From Eubacteriales bacterium (GTDB lineage Bacteria; Bacillota; Clostridia; Lachnospirales; JAVBJQ01), in contig JAVBJQ010000006.1 in NCBI GenBank assembly GCA_031546905.1, forward strand, positions 3,632 through 67,631: a DNA stretch of 64,000 nt, given 5' to 3'. The first letter of the stretch is position 1; every line of letters begins with the position of its first letter. A program made the position numbers and the translations under genes. A model generated the notes under the pieces. It saw nothing but the letters and a program-made list of their open reading frames with translations. It was not told the origin of the DNA and made no database searches. This document shows, in pieces, positions 49,468 through 58,137 of the stretch.

Positions 49468-50859
49468 ATGAAGCTGGTGTGTTTAATGTTTAAAAAATTG
49501 TTTCAACAGTCTTCTGAAGAACGGTTTAAAATGATTACAGAAGGCAACTTGCTCTCCATGTTTTTGTTTCTATCTATTCCCGGTATTATGATTGTTATTA
49601 TTCAAGCCGTAATGCCTGTTATCGAAGGGTTGCTGATTTATAACTACGACAACAACGTTTCGGGAGCCGCCATTTCTTACATTTCCTCTATGCAAAACAT
49701 TTTTATCATTGGTGCCCAAGGGCTTGTGACAGCCGGCTCTGCCTTGGTAGGTCAGACCAACGGAAGCGGTCATAAAAAAGAAGCCGTTCATCTTTCGGGG
49801 CAACTCATGAGTACGGCTTTTTTAACAGGGGTTGCCCTAATTCCTGTCACTATTGTAGTAGGAATTCTGATGGCAAATATGTTAGACGGAGAAATCAGAC
49901 ATAAAGTTATTCTTTATAATACTATTTTTTCACTTTCAATTCCCCTAGTGGTTTGTTATGCCTCCTTTAGTTCTATTAAAAATGTATTTGGTCATCCTGA
50001 ATCCACTTTTATTCGAACCCTTTTATTTGTTCCCATAAAACTTTGCTTTACTTACCTTTTTGTTGCCATTATGCGCTTGGGTGTTGTTGGGGCAGCCATG
50101 TCTGCCATTTGTGCTTATTTTACGATTTCACTGTTTATTTTTTATGATTTAATCATCAAAAACTCAGAAGAAAAATTGTCCCTTCCAGACTTAAAAATAA
50201 ATTTTCAGTTTGTAAAGAAAATTTTTAGGTTTTCATGGGCATCCGTACTTCAAAATTCTACCAAGTCTTTGGGATTTTTCTTGATTAAACTACAAACCAT
50301 GCCTTATGGGAATGTTGCCCTCAGTGCACAGGGAATCGCCAGCGACGTAACCAATATGTTTCAAAACTTTACGGCTTGTTATGATGCGGCTATTATTTCT
50401 TCGGTTAGCATCAACATAGGTGCAGGAAATCCCGAACGAGCAAAAAAAACCGCCCAGCTTGCCATTAAAATTGGGGTTATTTCTTCCGTTGTATTAAGTG
50501 CTTTATGCTCTTTATCTGCGCCTCTTCTTATTTCCTTTTATACAAAAGATTTGGAAATCGCAACCATGGCGAAAAATGCAACCTATATTACTTCTATTGG
50601 GTTTATTGGTTTCTCTATTTTGTTTAACGAAATGCCTGCTTACATCGGGCTTGGCTTAAATAAAGTTTCTCTCTTTATTCAAACCATGCGTATTTGGGTT
50701 ATCCGCCTTGTTTGTTTATATGCTATTTATTTCTTTGTAAAAGATATTGGCGTGTACGCTATTTTTATTTCTATGACCTTGTGTAACATTTTTGGCGCCA
50801 TTATTAGCCATATATTCTTTAGAAGAGTTCAATGGAAGAAATTTTCCTTAGGCAAATAA
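49468..50859 (+). CDS. MATE family efflux transporter
   Basis: About 12 TMs; MITEGNL, LGVVGAA, NIGAGNPERA. Confidence 0.85.
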   Translation: MKLVCLMFKKLFQQSSEERFKMITEGNLLSMFLFLSIPGIMIVIIQAVMPVIEGLLIYNYDNNVSGAAISYISSMQNIFIIGAQGLVTAGSALVGQTNGSGHKKEAVHLSGQLMSTAFLTGVALIPVTIVVGILMANMLDGEIRHKVILYNTIFSLSIPLVVCYASFSSIKNVFGHPESTFIRTLLFVPIKLCFTYLFVAIMRLGVVGAAMSAICAYFTISLFIFYDLIIKNSEEKLSLPDLKINFQFVKKIFRFSWASVLQNSTKSLGFFLIKLQTMPYGNVALSAQGIASDVTNMFQNFTACYDAAIISSVSINIGAGNPERAKKTAQLAIKIGVISSVVLSALCSLSAPLLISFYTKDLEIATMAKNATYITSIGFIGFSILFNEMPAYIGLGLNKVSLFIQTMRIWVIRLVCLYAIYFFVKDIGVYAIFISMTLCNIFGAIISHIFFRRVQWKKFSLGK

Positions 50860-50895
50860 AAAGTCTAAAATTATTTATGCTTAGTGACTTCAAAG

Positions 50896-50956
50896 CAAAA
50901 TTATAGCAGTTTGATAAAATATACTATGTATATTTTATCAAACTGCTATAATTTTG
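50896..50956. repeat. Inverted repeat with perfect 29-bp arms (61-bp hairpin)
   Basis: CAAAATTATAGCAGTTTGATAAAATATAC-TAT-GTATATTTTATCAAACTGCTATAATTTTG. Confidence 0.9.
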
Positions 50957-51011
50957 TAATTTATTCCTACTGACAAGGATCTTGCTTTCTTCTACCAAAA
51001 TTGAATTACTT

Positions 51012-52034
51012 TTAGAAATCACTAATACGATACCCCATAATTGTTTTTTGTATTAAACCGGTCTCACTTAGTTTAGCTATACCACTACCAATATCTTTTT
51101 CACTAAATCTGGTTGCTTTATCTTCTGACCAATCTTTAAATTTACTTATAATCTGTTCTTGATTTAAGTCCCTTGACTCTTGTAATAAAAATAAAATTGT
51201 GGATAAACATTCTAACTCACTATTATTTTCAATAGAATTCACATAGGTTGTTGCCCTAACAATATACGGAGATAGTGTTTCTAATTTGTTTATTGTATTA
51301 TTGCTAACCAATCTATTATATGCAATCCCATAAGCTTCTTCTGTTGAACTGGCATTATGAAACGTCTGATATTCCTTTATATTTTTACTTATGATCTCAA
51401 TAGCGTTATCATAAGGTCCGAATTTATGCCTTTTAAATTTAAAATATTCTTGATTCGCAAAAATATTAGTTAAATAAGCAGTTTTTTGTAATCGTAATTT
51501 ATCAAACTTCTTTAAGTTAAACTTTATCTGCATTAAAACTAGTGCTGAAACAGAGATAGGTGGTTCAATTGTTGGTCGTGTAACATAATTTTTAGAAGGT
51601 TCATAAATTATCACATCTATTTGATTTGAAATATCATACAGCTTGGTTTCAATAATGGGTTTAACCTGATTCCAAATCAGACCACCATTACCACTACCTA
51701 ATGGAGGTATAGCAATTGATTTTATACTTAAACTGGGAATTAACCTGCATAAATCATATAAGCCATCTTCAATATACTCTATTTTCGATTTTGCTCTCCA
51801 TTTATCTTTTGTTGGAAAATTAATTATTATCTTTCCATTTTCAAAGTAATAATGAACTTTACCAATACGTAATGCTCTATTTTTACAAGCTTTTATATAG
51901 TCTTCATTATTTTGAGGAAAAGCTAGTTTAAATTGATATGCAATACCTTTTCCCATATACCCTTCACAATTGACCGTATTAACCAGACAATCAGCATCTG
52001 ATTCTAACAAGTTCCCTGTAACATATTTAAACAT
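51012..52034 (-). CDS. darG: DarG antitoxin (macrodomain DNA ADP-ribosyl glycohydrolase)
   Basis: VNTVNCEGYMGKGIAYQFK, IINFPTK, IAIPPLGSGNGGL, C-terminal domain with FGPY; directly downstream of darT. Confidence 0.9.
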   Translation of the reverse strand: MFKYVTGNLLESDADCLVNTVNCEGYMGKGIAYQFKLAFPQNNEDYIKACKNRALRIGKVHYYFENGKIIINFPTKDKWRAKSKIEYIEDGLYDLCRLIPSLSIKSIAIPPLGSGNGGLIWNQVKPIIETKLYDISNQIDVIIYEPSKNYVTRPTIEPPISVSALVLMQIKFNLKKFDKLRLQKTAYLTNIFANQEYFKFKRHKFGPYDNAIEIISKNIKEYQTFHNASSTEEAYGIAYNRLVSNNTINKLETLSPYIVRATTYVNSIENNSELECLSTILFLLQESRDLNQEQIISKFKDWSEDKATRFSEKDIGSGIAKLSETGLIQKTIMGYRISDF

Positions 52035-52107
52035 CGCCCCCGTCCCCTTTCCAATAAACTTCACTTATGTAATTATTTACTATTAGGAAACATATATGCC
52101 CTAACTT

Positions 52108-52677
52108 TTAATTTAAGTTTATTTGAATCGTCATTCTTTCGATTTTATTTTTAGCCTGCTCGTCATAAACATAAACATAAGCAAATTCCTCAGGTAGCAC
52201 TATGTATTCCATTACACATTCAGCCATACATGCAGCTCTTATATCCCGATTCTCATAGTCTCTACCAATCATCATATCAAGAATGTCCCACTGTATTAAT
52301 TTTATGCCTTCATCATATGGATAAATATCGGGATTGTTTTTGTTAACAGGATGTGATGGTATAACCTTAAATTTATTCGTTTTTGCTAATGAACGTTCAA
52401 TTGTTATTATTACCATATTTTTAGGGTTATATGTATTACATACTGCACAGTCAAAAGGATTTCTTGCATAAAAATGAAATAGCACATACTTTGAAAGGTT
52501 TTCTTTATATTCTGAACGCTTACTTAAAATTTGATGGTCTGCAATGTCAGTAAAGTCATTCATTCCTCTTCTTTTTAATTCATTCCTTGATAATAGCCCA
52601 TTATTCAATATAGATTGTATGTTGTCTATATGTGTAATATGATACAAAAGCATTCCCTCACTTGGTGGTCTAGCCAT
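52108..52677 (-). CDS. darT: DarT toxin (DUF4433 DNA ADP-ribosyltransferase), possible 3' frameshift
   Basis: LYHITHIDNIQSIL..GLLSR, DIAD..I...R, YVLFHFYARNPF, MAEC catalytic-Glu motif. Confidence 0.88.
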   Translation of the reverse strand: MARPPSEGMLLYHITHIDNIQSILNNGLLSRNELKRRGMNDFTDIADHQILSKRSEYKENLSKYVLFHFYARNPFDCAVCNTYNPKNMVIITIERSLAKTNKFKVIPSHPVNKNNPDIYPYDEGIKLIQWDILDMMIGRDYENRDIRAACMAECVMEYIVLPEEFAYVYVYDEQAKNKIERMTIQINLN

Positions 52678-53000
52678 AGTAATTTCTCCTTTGTAATATG
52701 TCTATATATATTTATATCATATCACAAAAAGAATGCTAATTAAAATGGATTTTTCTAGTTAATTGTAAATTTTTAAAACAAATATTTTGATAACTCAATA
52801 TTCTCGAAAACACATTTGTCCTTCTGTAACAAAATCTTCTACGGCTAATATAATAAATTAATTCATTTTTTATTTATTATAGCTGTTAAGGGTAATAATC
52901 AGTTTTGTGTCAAGAAAAAATTGGTGGAGTTTGGCCGTTTTTACCCAGATAGAAAGCTAGATAATTACCTTTATCAGCATAGCAGAGAGGAGCGTAAAAA

Positions 53001-53927
53001 ATGGCGTGGCCTTTTCAATTTTCAAACAACAACCAGCAACAAAATCAATCTTATGGGCAACAAAACGGTCGTGCAAACTATAACAACAATCGGAATCAAC
53101 AACAATTTCAACGAGGACAACAACAAGGCTTTGGTCAGCCACAGCAATGGGGTCAAGCACAACCCCCTCAATTTAACCAAGGTGGGCAAGGACAAAGACA
53201 GGGCTTTGGATTTGCTCAACCCCAACAACCCAATCAAGGGGGCCAAAGACAGCAACAAGCGCCTCAATTTGGTCAAATGCCACCACCCCAACAATTTAAT
53301 CAGCAACCCCCATTTGGTGTTGGCCAGCCACAACAACAACAGCCTGCTGGAAACGGTGGCGTCACATTTCAGCCCCTTGACGAAAAAGCATTTAACGAAC
53401 TTAGAAAATCCCTTGAATCCCCACCACCTGCCAAGGAAGAGCAAAATTTATTTCCCGAAATCACCTTTGAAGCTCCACCTGTCAATAACTTTGAAGCCAT
53501 TAAACCAATTAGCTTTCCCATGGATGAAACCAAAAATCTATTAAGAGATTTTATTCAAAACGAATACAACGGCAAGCGGTTTTATGAAAATATGTTAAAC
53601 CAATCCCAATTTGATAACCACAAAAAAATATTTAATGAAATATATGCTGACTGTGAAAAAAATAAAAATACCTATCAAAAAATGTACAAAGAAATCGGTG
53701 GAAATGATTTTAGCGGAGAAGATCGGAATATCCACAGTAATTTAAACTTACTAAGAGGAACTGAGCTTGCTATTGCAGAAGAAAATAAATCCCTAAAACA
53801 TTTAGGTACGTTGTATGAATCCTGTGATTCTAAAAATGCCAAAACAATTACCGCTTTGATTTTAAACAAAATTGTTACGATTAATAATCTTCATATGGTT
53901 TATTCCACTTTACATCATCAGAATTAA
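53001..53927 (+). CDS. Q/G/F/P-rich low-complexity N-terminus plus ferritin-like C-terminal domain
   Basis: SD GAGGAG; ~115 aa Q-rich region; C-terminal 'LRDFIQNEYNGKRFY...EIYAD...AIAEE...Y' helical ferritin-like pattern. Confidence 0.7.
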   Translation: MAWPFQFSNNNQQQNQSYGQQNGRANYNNNRNQQQFQRGQQQGFGQPQQWGQAQPPQFNQGGQGQRQGFGFAQPQQPNQGGQRQQQAPQFGQMPPPQQFNQQPPFGVGQPQQQQPAGNGGVTFQPLDEKAFNELRKSLESPPPAKEEQNLFPEITFEAPPVNNFEAIKPISFPMDETKNLLRDFIQNEYNGKRFYENMLNQSQFDNHKKIFNEIYADCEKNKNTYQKMYKEIGGNDFSGEDRNIHSNLNLLRGTELAIAEENKSLKHLGTLYESCDSKNAKTITALILNKIVTINNLHMVYSTLHHQN

Positions 53928-54129
53928 CTTTGCTGAAAAGAGCTGTATGAAAACAAGTCAACAAAAAAACGAGTCTTTTTATAAGGCTCATTTTTTTATT
54001 GTATCTTTAACTAAGAAAGCAATGCCCTCCCTGCTGTTGCAAAACCCATTGTTACATTTTCAAAAAACGTATATACTAGAGTTAATGAAAAAACCAACTA
54101 CTATTTTTTAAAATTAGTTTTAGAAAGAG

Positions 54130-55338
54130 ATGAAAAAAATGTTTCATAAAATTTTACTCATTATTATTTTCTGTATTTTTTTTACCACAACATCCTTGGC
54201 GGCCCCCAAAGAAACGAATATGGAATATATAGCGCCTATTATATTACAAGGCGACAACCCATATAAAACAGTAAATTTGGATTACAACATATTAACCAAA
54301 AGAAGTGCCAACGCTTCCTCCTTACGGGTTTTAGAATCAGGAAAAGAAATTCCCTACTTGCTTTATGACCAAAATACAAAAACCCATTTAGCAAACACTT
54401 CTTTTGCTACTAAAAAATCAGATTTTTTCAGCAAAAATGGAGATGACTTTGTAGACTTTAAAATTACAAAGGAAGCAAATCAAGATGTATATGGCAACGC
54501 ATTGTCTCTTACTATTCTCAATACTAATTTTGCAAAAAATATAACCGTACTGGGAAGTTCTGATAGTAACAATTGGACATATCTAACAGAATCTTTGGTT
54601 TATCATGTAGACAACAAACAAAATTATACCATACCGCTTTTAGACACCTGCAAATATGAATATTATCGTTTTAAAATTCCCAATAACAAAGAAGCTATTT
54701 CTATTACAAAAGTCAACTTAACCTATACGGAGGAAGCAGAAAAAATCCGTACTTTTTCCGATGGTTTTCGTCCCACATTTTCTGTAAAAAGTGAAAATAA
54801 AAAAACACTGATTACCATTCCTTTTGATGAAGTAAAAAATCTCAAGCTCTTTTCTGCTGAGCTAGAAACAGACTCCCTATTTGAAAGAAATGTCAGCGTA
54901 TTGAATAACACAGATACATTATATAATCTTACTTTTCAAAATTTGTCTATTCAAAAATTGTTAATGAACCTAAATGAATTTACCAGTTCTTCTGACCTCA
55001 TCATTGTAATTGACGACGGCAACGACCCACCCATTCATGTAAAAGGTATTACTTTACGCTACAATACCAGTAATATTATTTTTAAATCTCAACCAAATGA
55101 AAGTTATGCCATTACTTTTGGCAAAGAAAACGCAGCTAGCCCCCAATATGATGTTACAGCATATTCCAACTATATGTTACAAGAAGGCGTATCTTTCTGT
55201 CATTATGGAACCATTGAACCTCTTTCTGTGAAAAAACAATTTGCCATGGTACAGGCAGGTTGGATTTTAAATGTTGTGGTTTGCCTTTGCGCTATAGTGT
55301 TAATTGGATTTATTATTGCTGCTATAAAGAAAAAATAG
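54130..55338 (+). CDS. Secreted, C-terminally anchored protein (DUF3999-like)
   Basis: Signal peptide; LRV..GKEIPY, GSSDSNNW, IDDGNDPPI, PQYDV; C-terminal TM. Confidence 0.6.
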   Translation: MKKMFHKILLIIIFCIFFTTTSLAAPKETNMEYIAPIILQGDNPYKTVNLDYNILTKRSANASSLRVLESGKEIPYLLYDQNTKTHLANTSFATKKSDFFSKNGDDFVDFKITKEANQDVYGNALSLTILNTNFAKNITVLGSSDSNNWTYLTESLVYHVDNKQNYTIPLLDTCKYEYYRFKIPNNKEAISITKVNLTYTEEAEKIRTFSDGFRPTFSVKSENKKTLITIPFDEVKNLKLFSAELETDSLFERNVSVLNNTDTLYNLTFQNLSIQKLLMNLNEFTSSSDLIIVIDDGNDPPIHVKGITLRYNTSNIIFKSQPNESYAITFGKENAASPQYDVTAYSNYMLQEGVSFCHYGTIEPLSVKKQFAMVQAGWILNVVVCLCAIVLIGFIIAAIKKK

Positions 55339-55372
55339 TCAATTAAAAAAAGCCCCCAAGGGGGGCAAAATA

Positions 55373-55816
55373 CTAACAGTTTCCTGTTACATCACCTTTA
55401 TGCACCATGCTAATATGGGAGATACCTGCTTCCAAATATTCTGCTCCATATGCCACAAAACCTAATTTTTCATAAAATTTTTGAACTTTTGTTTGAGCAT
55501 GAACAAATTGCTCTCCTACTCCTAAGTCAAAACATTTCCTGATTAACATTCTCACAACTAAATCACCATAATGACTTCCACGTTTTTCTTTTAAAACAGC
55601 AATTCTCCCAAGGGTATAAGCTCCATTGTTTACCACAATTCTTCCCGTTGCCACTGGTGAATCTCTTTCATATATTACCACAAGCCTTGCATCCGCATCA
55701 GAACCATCAAAATCAATTTCAGCAGGAACCCCTTGTTCCTCTACAAAAACTTTTCTACGTATGTAAAATGGATCAGATAAATCGTCATTTCCTGTAAACC
55801 ATTTTGAACTAATCAT
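55373..55816 (-). CDS. GNAT acetyltransferase (ElaA/YjcF-like)
   Basis: IRRKVFVEEQGVP, GRIAVL, HAQ, FYEKLGF, EAGISH. Confidence 0.92.
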   Translation of the reverse strand: MISSKWFTGNDDLSDPFYIRRKVFVEEQGVPAEIDFDGSDADARLVVIYERDSPVATGRIVVNNGAYTLGRIAVLKEKRGSHYGDLVVRMLIRKCFDLGVGEQFVHAQTKVQKFYEKLGFVAYGAEYLEAGISHISMVHKGDVTGNC

Positions 55817-55826
55817 GTTCTTCCTC

Positions 55827-56642
55827 CTAAAACGGAATTTTTATATTTACTTCATAAAGATTATCTTTTTCATCAATGTCATACACAACATTGAAGCCTG
55901 ATTTACTCATCACATCAATGGCTTGTCTTATGGTGTTGGTTATAAGCCTCATGTCTTTAATATAAATTTGTACTTTTTGCTGTTTTCCTTTTTTCAACGC
56001 ATCATTGCGAATTTGCATTAATGTCTCTTCCACTAAATCCTCGGTTTTTTTAACATTTAATGCTTGTTCGATTACGCTGTACAAAATGTCAATTTGAAAC
56101 TCTTCTTCTGGAAGTCTTAAAAGCGCCCTTGCATGTCGCTCTGTCAGGTCATTTTCCAACAACATATTTTTAACGGTTTCAGAAAGTTTTAAAATTCTCA
56201 ATTTATTGGCAATAGCAGATTGGCTTTTCCCCATTTTTCTAGCTAGTTCTTCTTGGGTTATACCATAATCGCTCATTAAATTTTGATACCCTTCTGCTTC
56301 TTCTAAATAATTTAAGTTTTGTCGCTGTAAGTTTTCAATTAAAGCAATAATAGCACTTTCATTGTCACTAATATGAATAATAATGGCAGGGATGGTTTCC
56401 ATTCCTGCTAACTTTGATGCCCTAAGCCGTCTTTCCCCAGATACTAACTCATAATTGGTTCCGCTAATATGCCTTACATTAATTGGTTGCATTACCCCAT
56501 ATTCTTTAATGGATGTTGCCAATTCCCCCAAGGCAAACTTGTCAAAATCCTTTCTTGGTTGATAAGGATTGGGACGTATTTTTTCAACGGGCAAAAAATG
56601 AACCTTTACGTCTCTACCATTATCTACAATCATATTTCTCAT
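55827..56642 (-). CDS. noc: Nucleoid occlusion protein (ParB paralog)
   Basis: PNPYQPRK, GERRLRA, ENLQRQNL, LTERHARALLRL, KDMRLITNTI; follows rsmG. Confidence 0.88.
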   Translation of the reverse strand: MRNMIVDNGRDVKVHFLPVEKIRPNPYQPRKDFDKFALGELATSIKEYGVMQPINVRHISGTNYELVSGERRLRASKLAGMETIPAIIIHISDNESAIIALIENLQRQNLNYLEEAEGYQNLMSDYGITQEELARKMGKSQSAIANKLRILKLSETVKNMLLENDLTERHARALLRLPEEEFQIDILYSVIEQALNVKKTEDLVEETLMQIRNDALKKGKQQKVQIYIKDMRLITNTIRQAIDVMSKSGFNVVYDIDEKDNLYEVNIKIPF

Positions 56643-56775
56643 GCTAACCCTCCACTTTTATACACATAATTGGTATTTTTTTCCTTTTATGTATTGTATC
56701 ATAAAAATATGTCGGGTAATTAATATTCAGAAAATTTAATCAACTTTATAAACTGACAATTTTTTTTGTAAAAAA

Positions 56776-57495
56776 CTATAAAACAGTATCTTTTGTAATT
56801 TTTCCTGCTTTTCTTGGATATTTAGACGGAGTTTCCTTGACTTTTTTAATTAAAATAATAGTATGCTTCATATCTGAAAAAGGAACTTCTGCTAATTCAA
56901 CCCGTTCTATTGCCCCACCCAATTGTTGAACGGCATTTTTTGATTGCTTTAATTCGTCTTCCATGTTTGGGCCTTTTAATGCCAAAAAATATCCCCCCAC
57001 TTGAACAAAGGGCAAACAAAACTCACAAAGCATAGGCAAACTTGCCACCGCCCGAGAAACACAAACGTCAAATTTTTCTCTAAAATCTTTGTTTTGTCCA
57101 AAGTCTTCTGCTCTGCCATGGAAGGTTGCTACATTGGTAAGTGCTAAGGCTTCACAAACTTCTTTTAAAAATGAAACCCGTTTGTTCAAACTATCAAGTA
57201 GCGTCACATGACAATTTTGGCTGGCAATGGCAATAGGGATGCCGGGAAAGCCTGCACCTGTCCCGACATCAATTACCTTTAGTTTGTTATAAAAATCAAA
57301 TGCTGGAAAAACAGATAAACTATCTAAAAAGTGTTTTATCACAATTTCTTTTTCATCTGTAATGGCTGTCAAATTTATATTTTTATTCCATTCAAGCAGT
57401 AAGTCTTTATATATAAAAAATTTCTCCACTTTTGCTTCATCTATTGGAACGCTTAAATTACTAGCACCTTCCAAAAGTAAATTTTTTAAATCCAC
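56776..57495 (-). CDS. rsmG: 16S rRNA m7G527 methyltransferase
   Basis: NLTAI, KHFLDS, DVGTGAGFPG, SRAVA, YPRKAG; SD AAGGAG ahead of GTG 57495. Confidence 0.96.
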   Translation of the reverse strand: MDLKNLLLEGASNLSVPIDEAKVEKFFIYKDLLLEWNKNINLTAITDEKEIVIKHFLDSLSVFPAFDFYNKLKVIDVGTGAGFPGIPIAIASQNCHVTLLDSLNKRVSFLKEVCEALALTNVATFHGRAEDFGQNKDFREKFDVCVSRAVASLPMLCEFCLPFVQVGGYFLALKGPNMEDELKQSKNAVQQLGGAIERVELAEVPFSDMKHTIILIKKVKETPSKYPRKAGKITKDTVL

Positions 57496-57502
57496 TGGTA
57501 AG

Positions 57503-57970
57503 TTACTCCTTTTCAATGTTATAAATTTTCCATCTTCCATACCGATCAGGCTCATGAATCATATGCACATGAACAATATTGGTTTTGTTTCCTCCCACCA
57601 AAATAGAGTTGGTGAGTTTATTTTTTTGATCTTCAAAGGGTAGGTTAATTAAATATTTATATTCACTTTCCGAGTCAAAAATATTTTTTAGCCCTTCAAA
57701 ATCAATGGAGGAAACAAAATTTTTACTTACATAGGTTTTCGCCTCATCAATAGAACAATTTTTAATTGCTGCAAGAAAACCATTGATTACACAATTCTCA
57801 TTTGCTACCGCAAAAAATGGTTTATTACACCAATCAAAATTTTCTGTTTTATAGAAATGGAAGTTTTTATTTTTATACTGATGTAATTTTTCCTGTTTAA
57901 TAAATTGATAGTCATTTGAATCTACAAACTTTTTCTCCCATGGTACAAAAAATTTCATGGCTTTTAACAA
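57503..57970 (-). CDS. Hypothetical protein inserted between mnmG and rsmG
   Basis: 155-aa ORF with SD GGAGGAG before TTG; its 3' end carries the rsmG SD. Confidence 0.7.
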   Translation of the reverse strand: MLKAMKFFVPWEKKFVDSNDYQFIKQEKLHQYKNKNFHFYKTENFDWCNKPFFAVANENCVINGFLAAIKNCSIDEAKTYVSKNFVSSIDFEGLKNIFDSESEYKYLINLPFEDQKNKLTNSILVGGNKTNIVHVHMIHEPDRYGRWKIYNIEKE

Positions 57971-58137
57971 GCATTACTCCTCCTACGGCAGAAATTTTAT
58001 ACGATATAAGGGAAATTATTATCTCACCTATTCATATAAATTTATTTTATGCTGGTAACGGCTAGCCGTTACCAATCAAACACGTCAGGACGTTCCTTGT
58101 TACAAATAATAAAAGTATTCCTAAATGTTTGTGTCCC

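Noticed and set aside
52921-53544. 207-aa alternative-frame ORF and CAA-rich repeats as a possible array
   Set aside because: By-product of Gln codons in the Q-rich gene; no repeat-spacer periodicity
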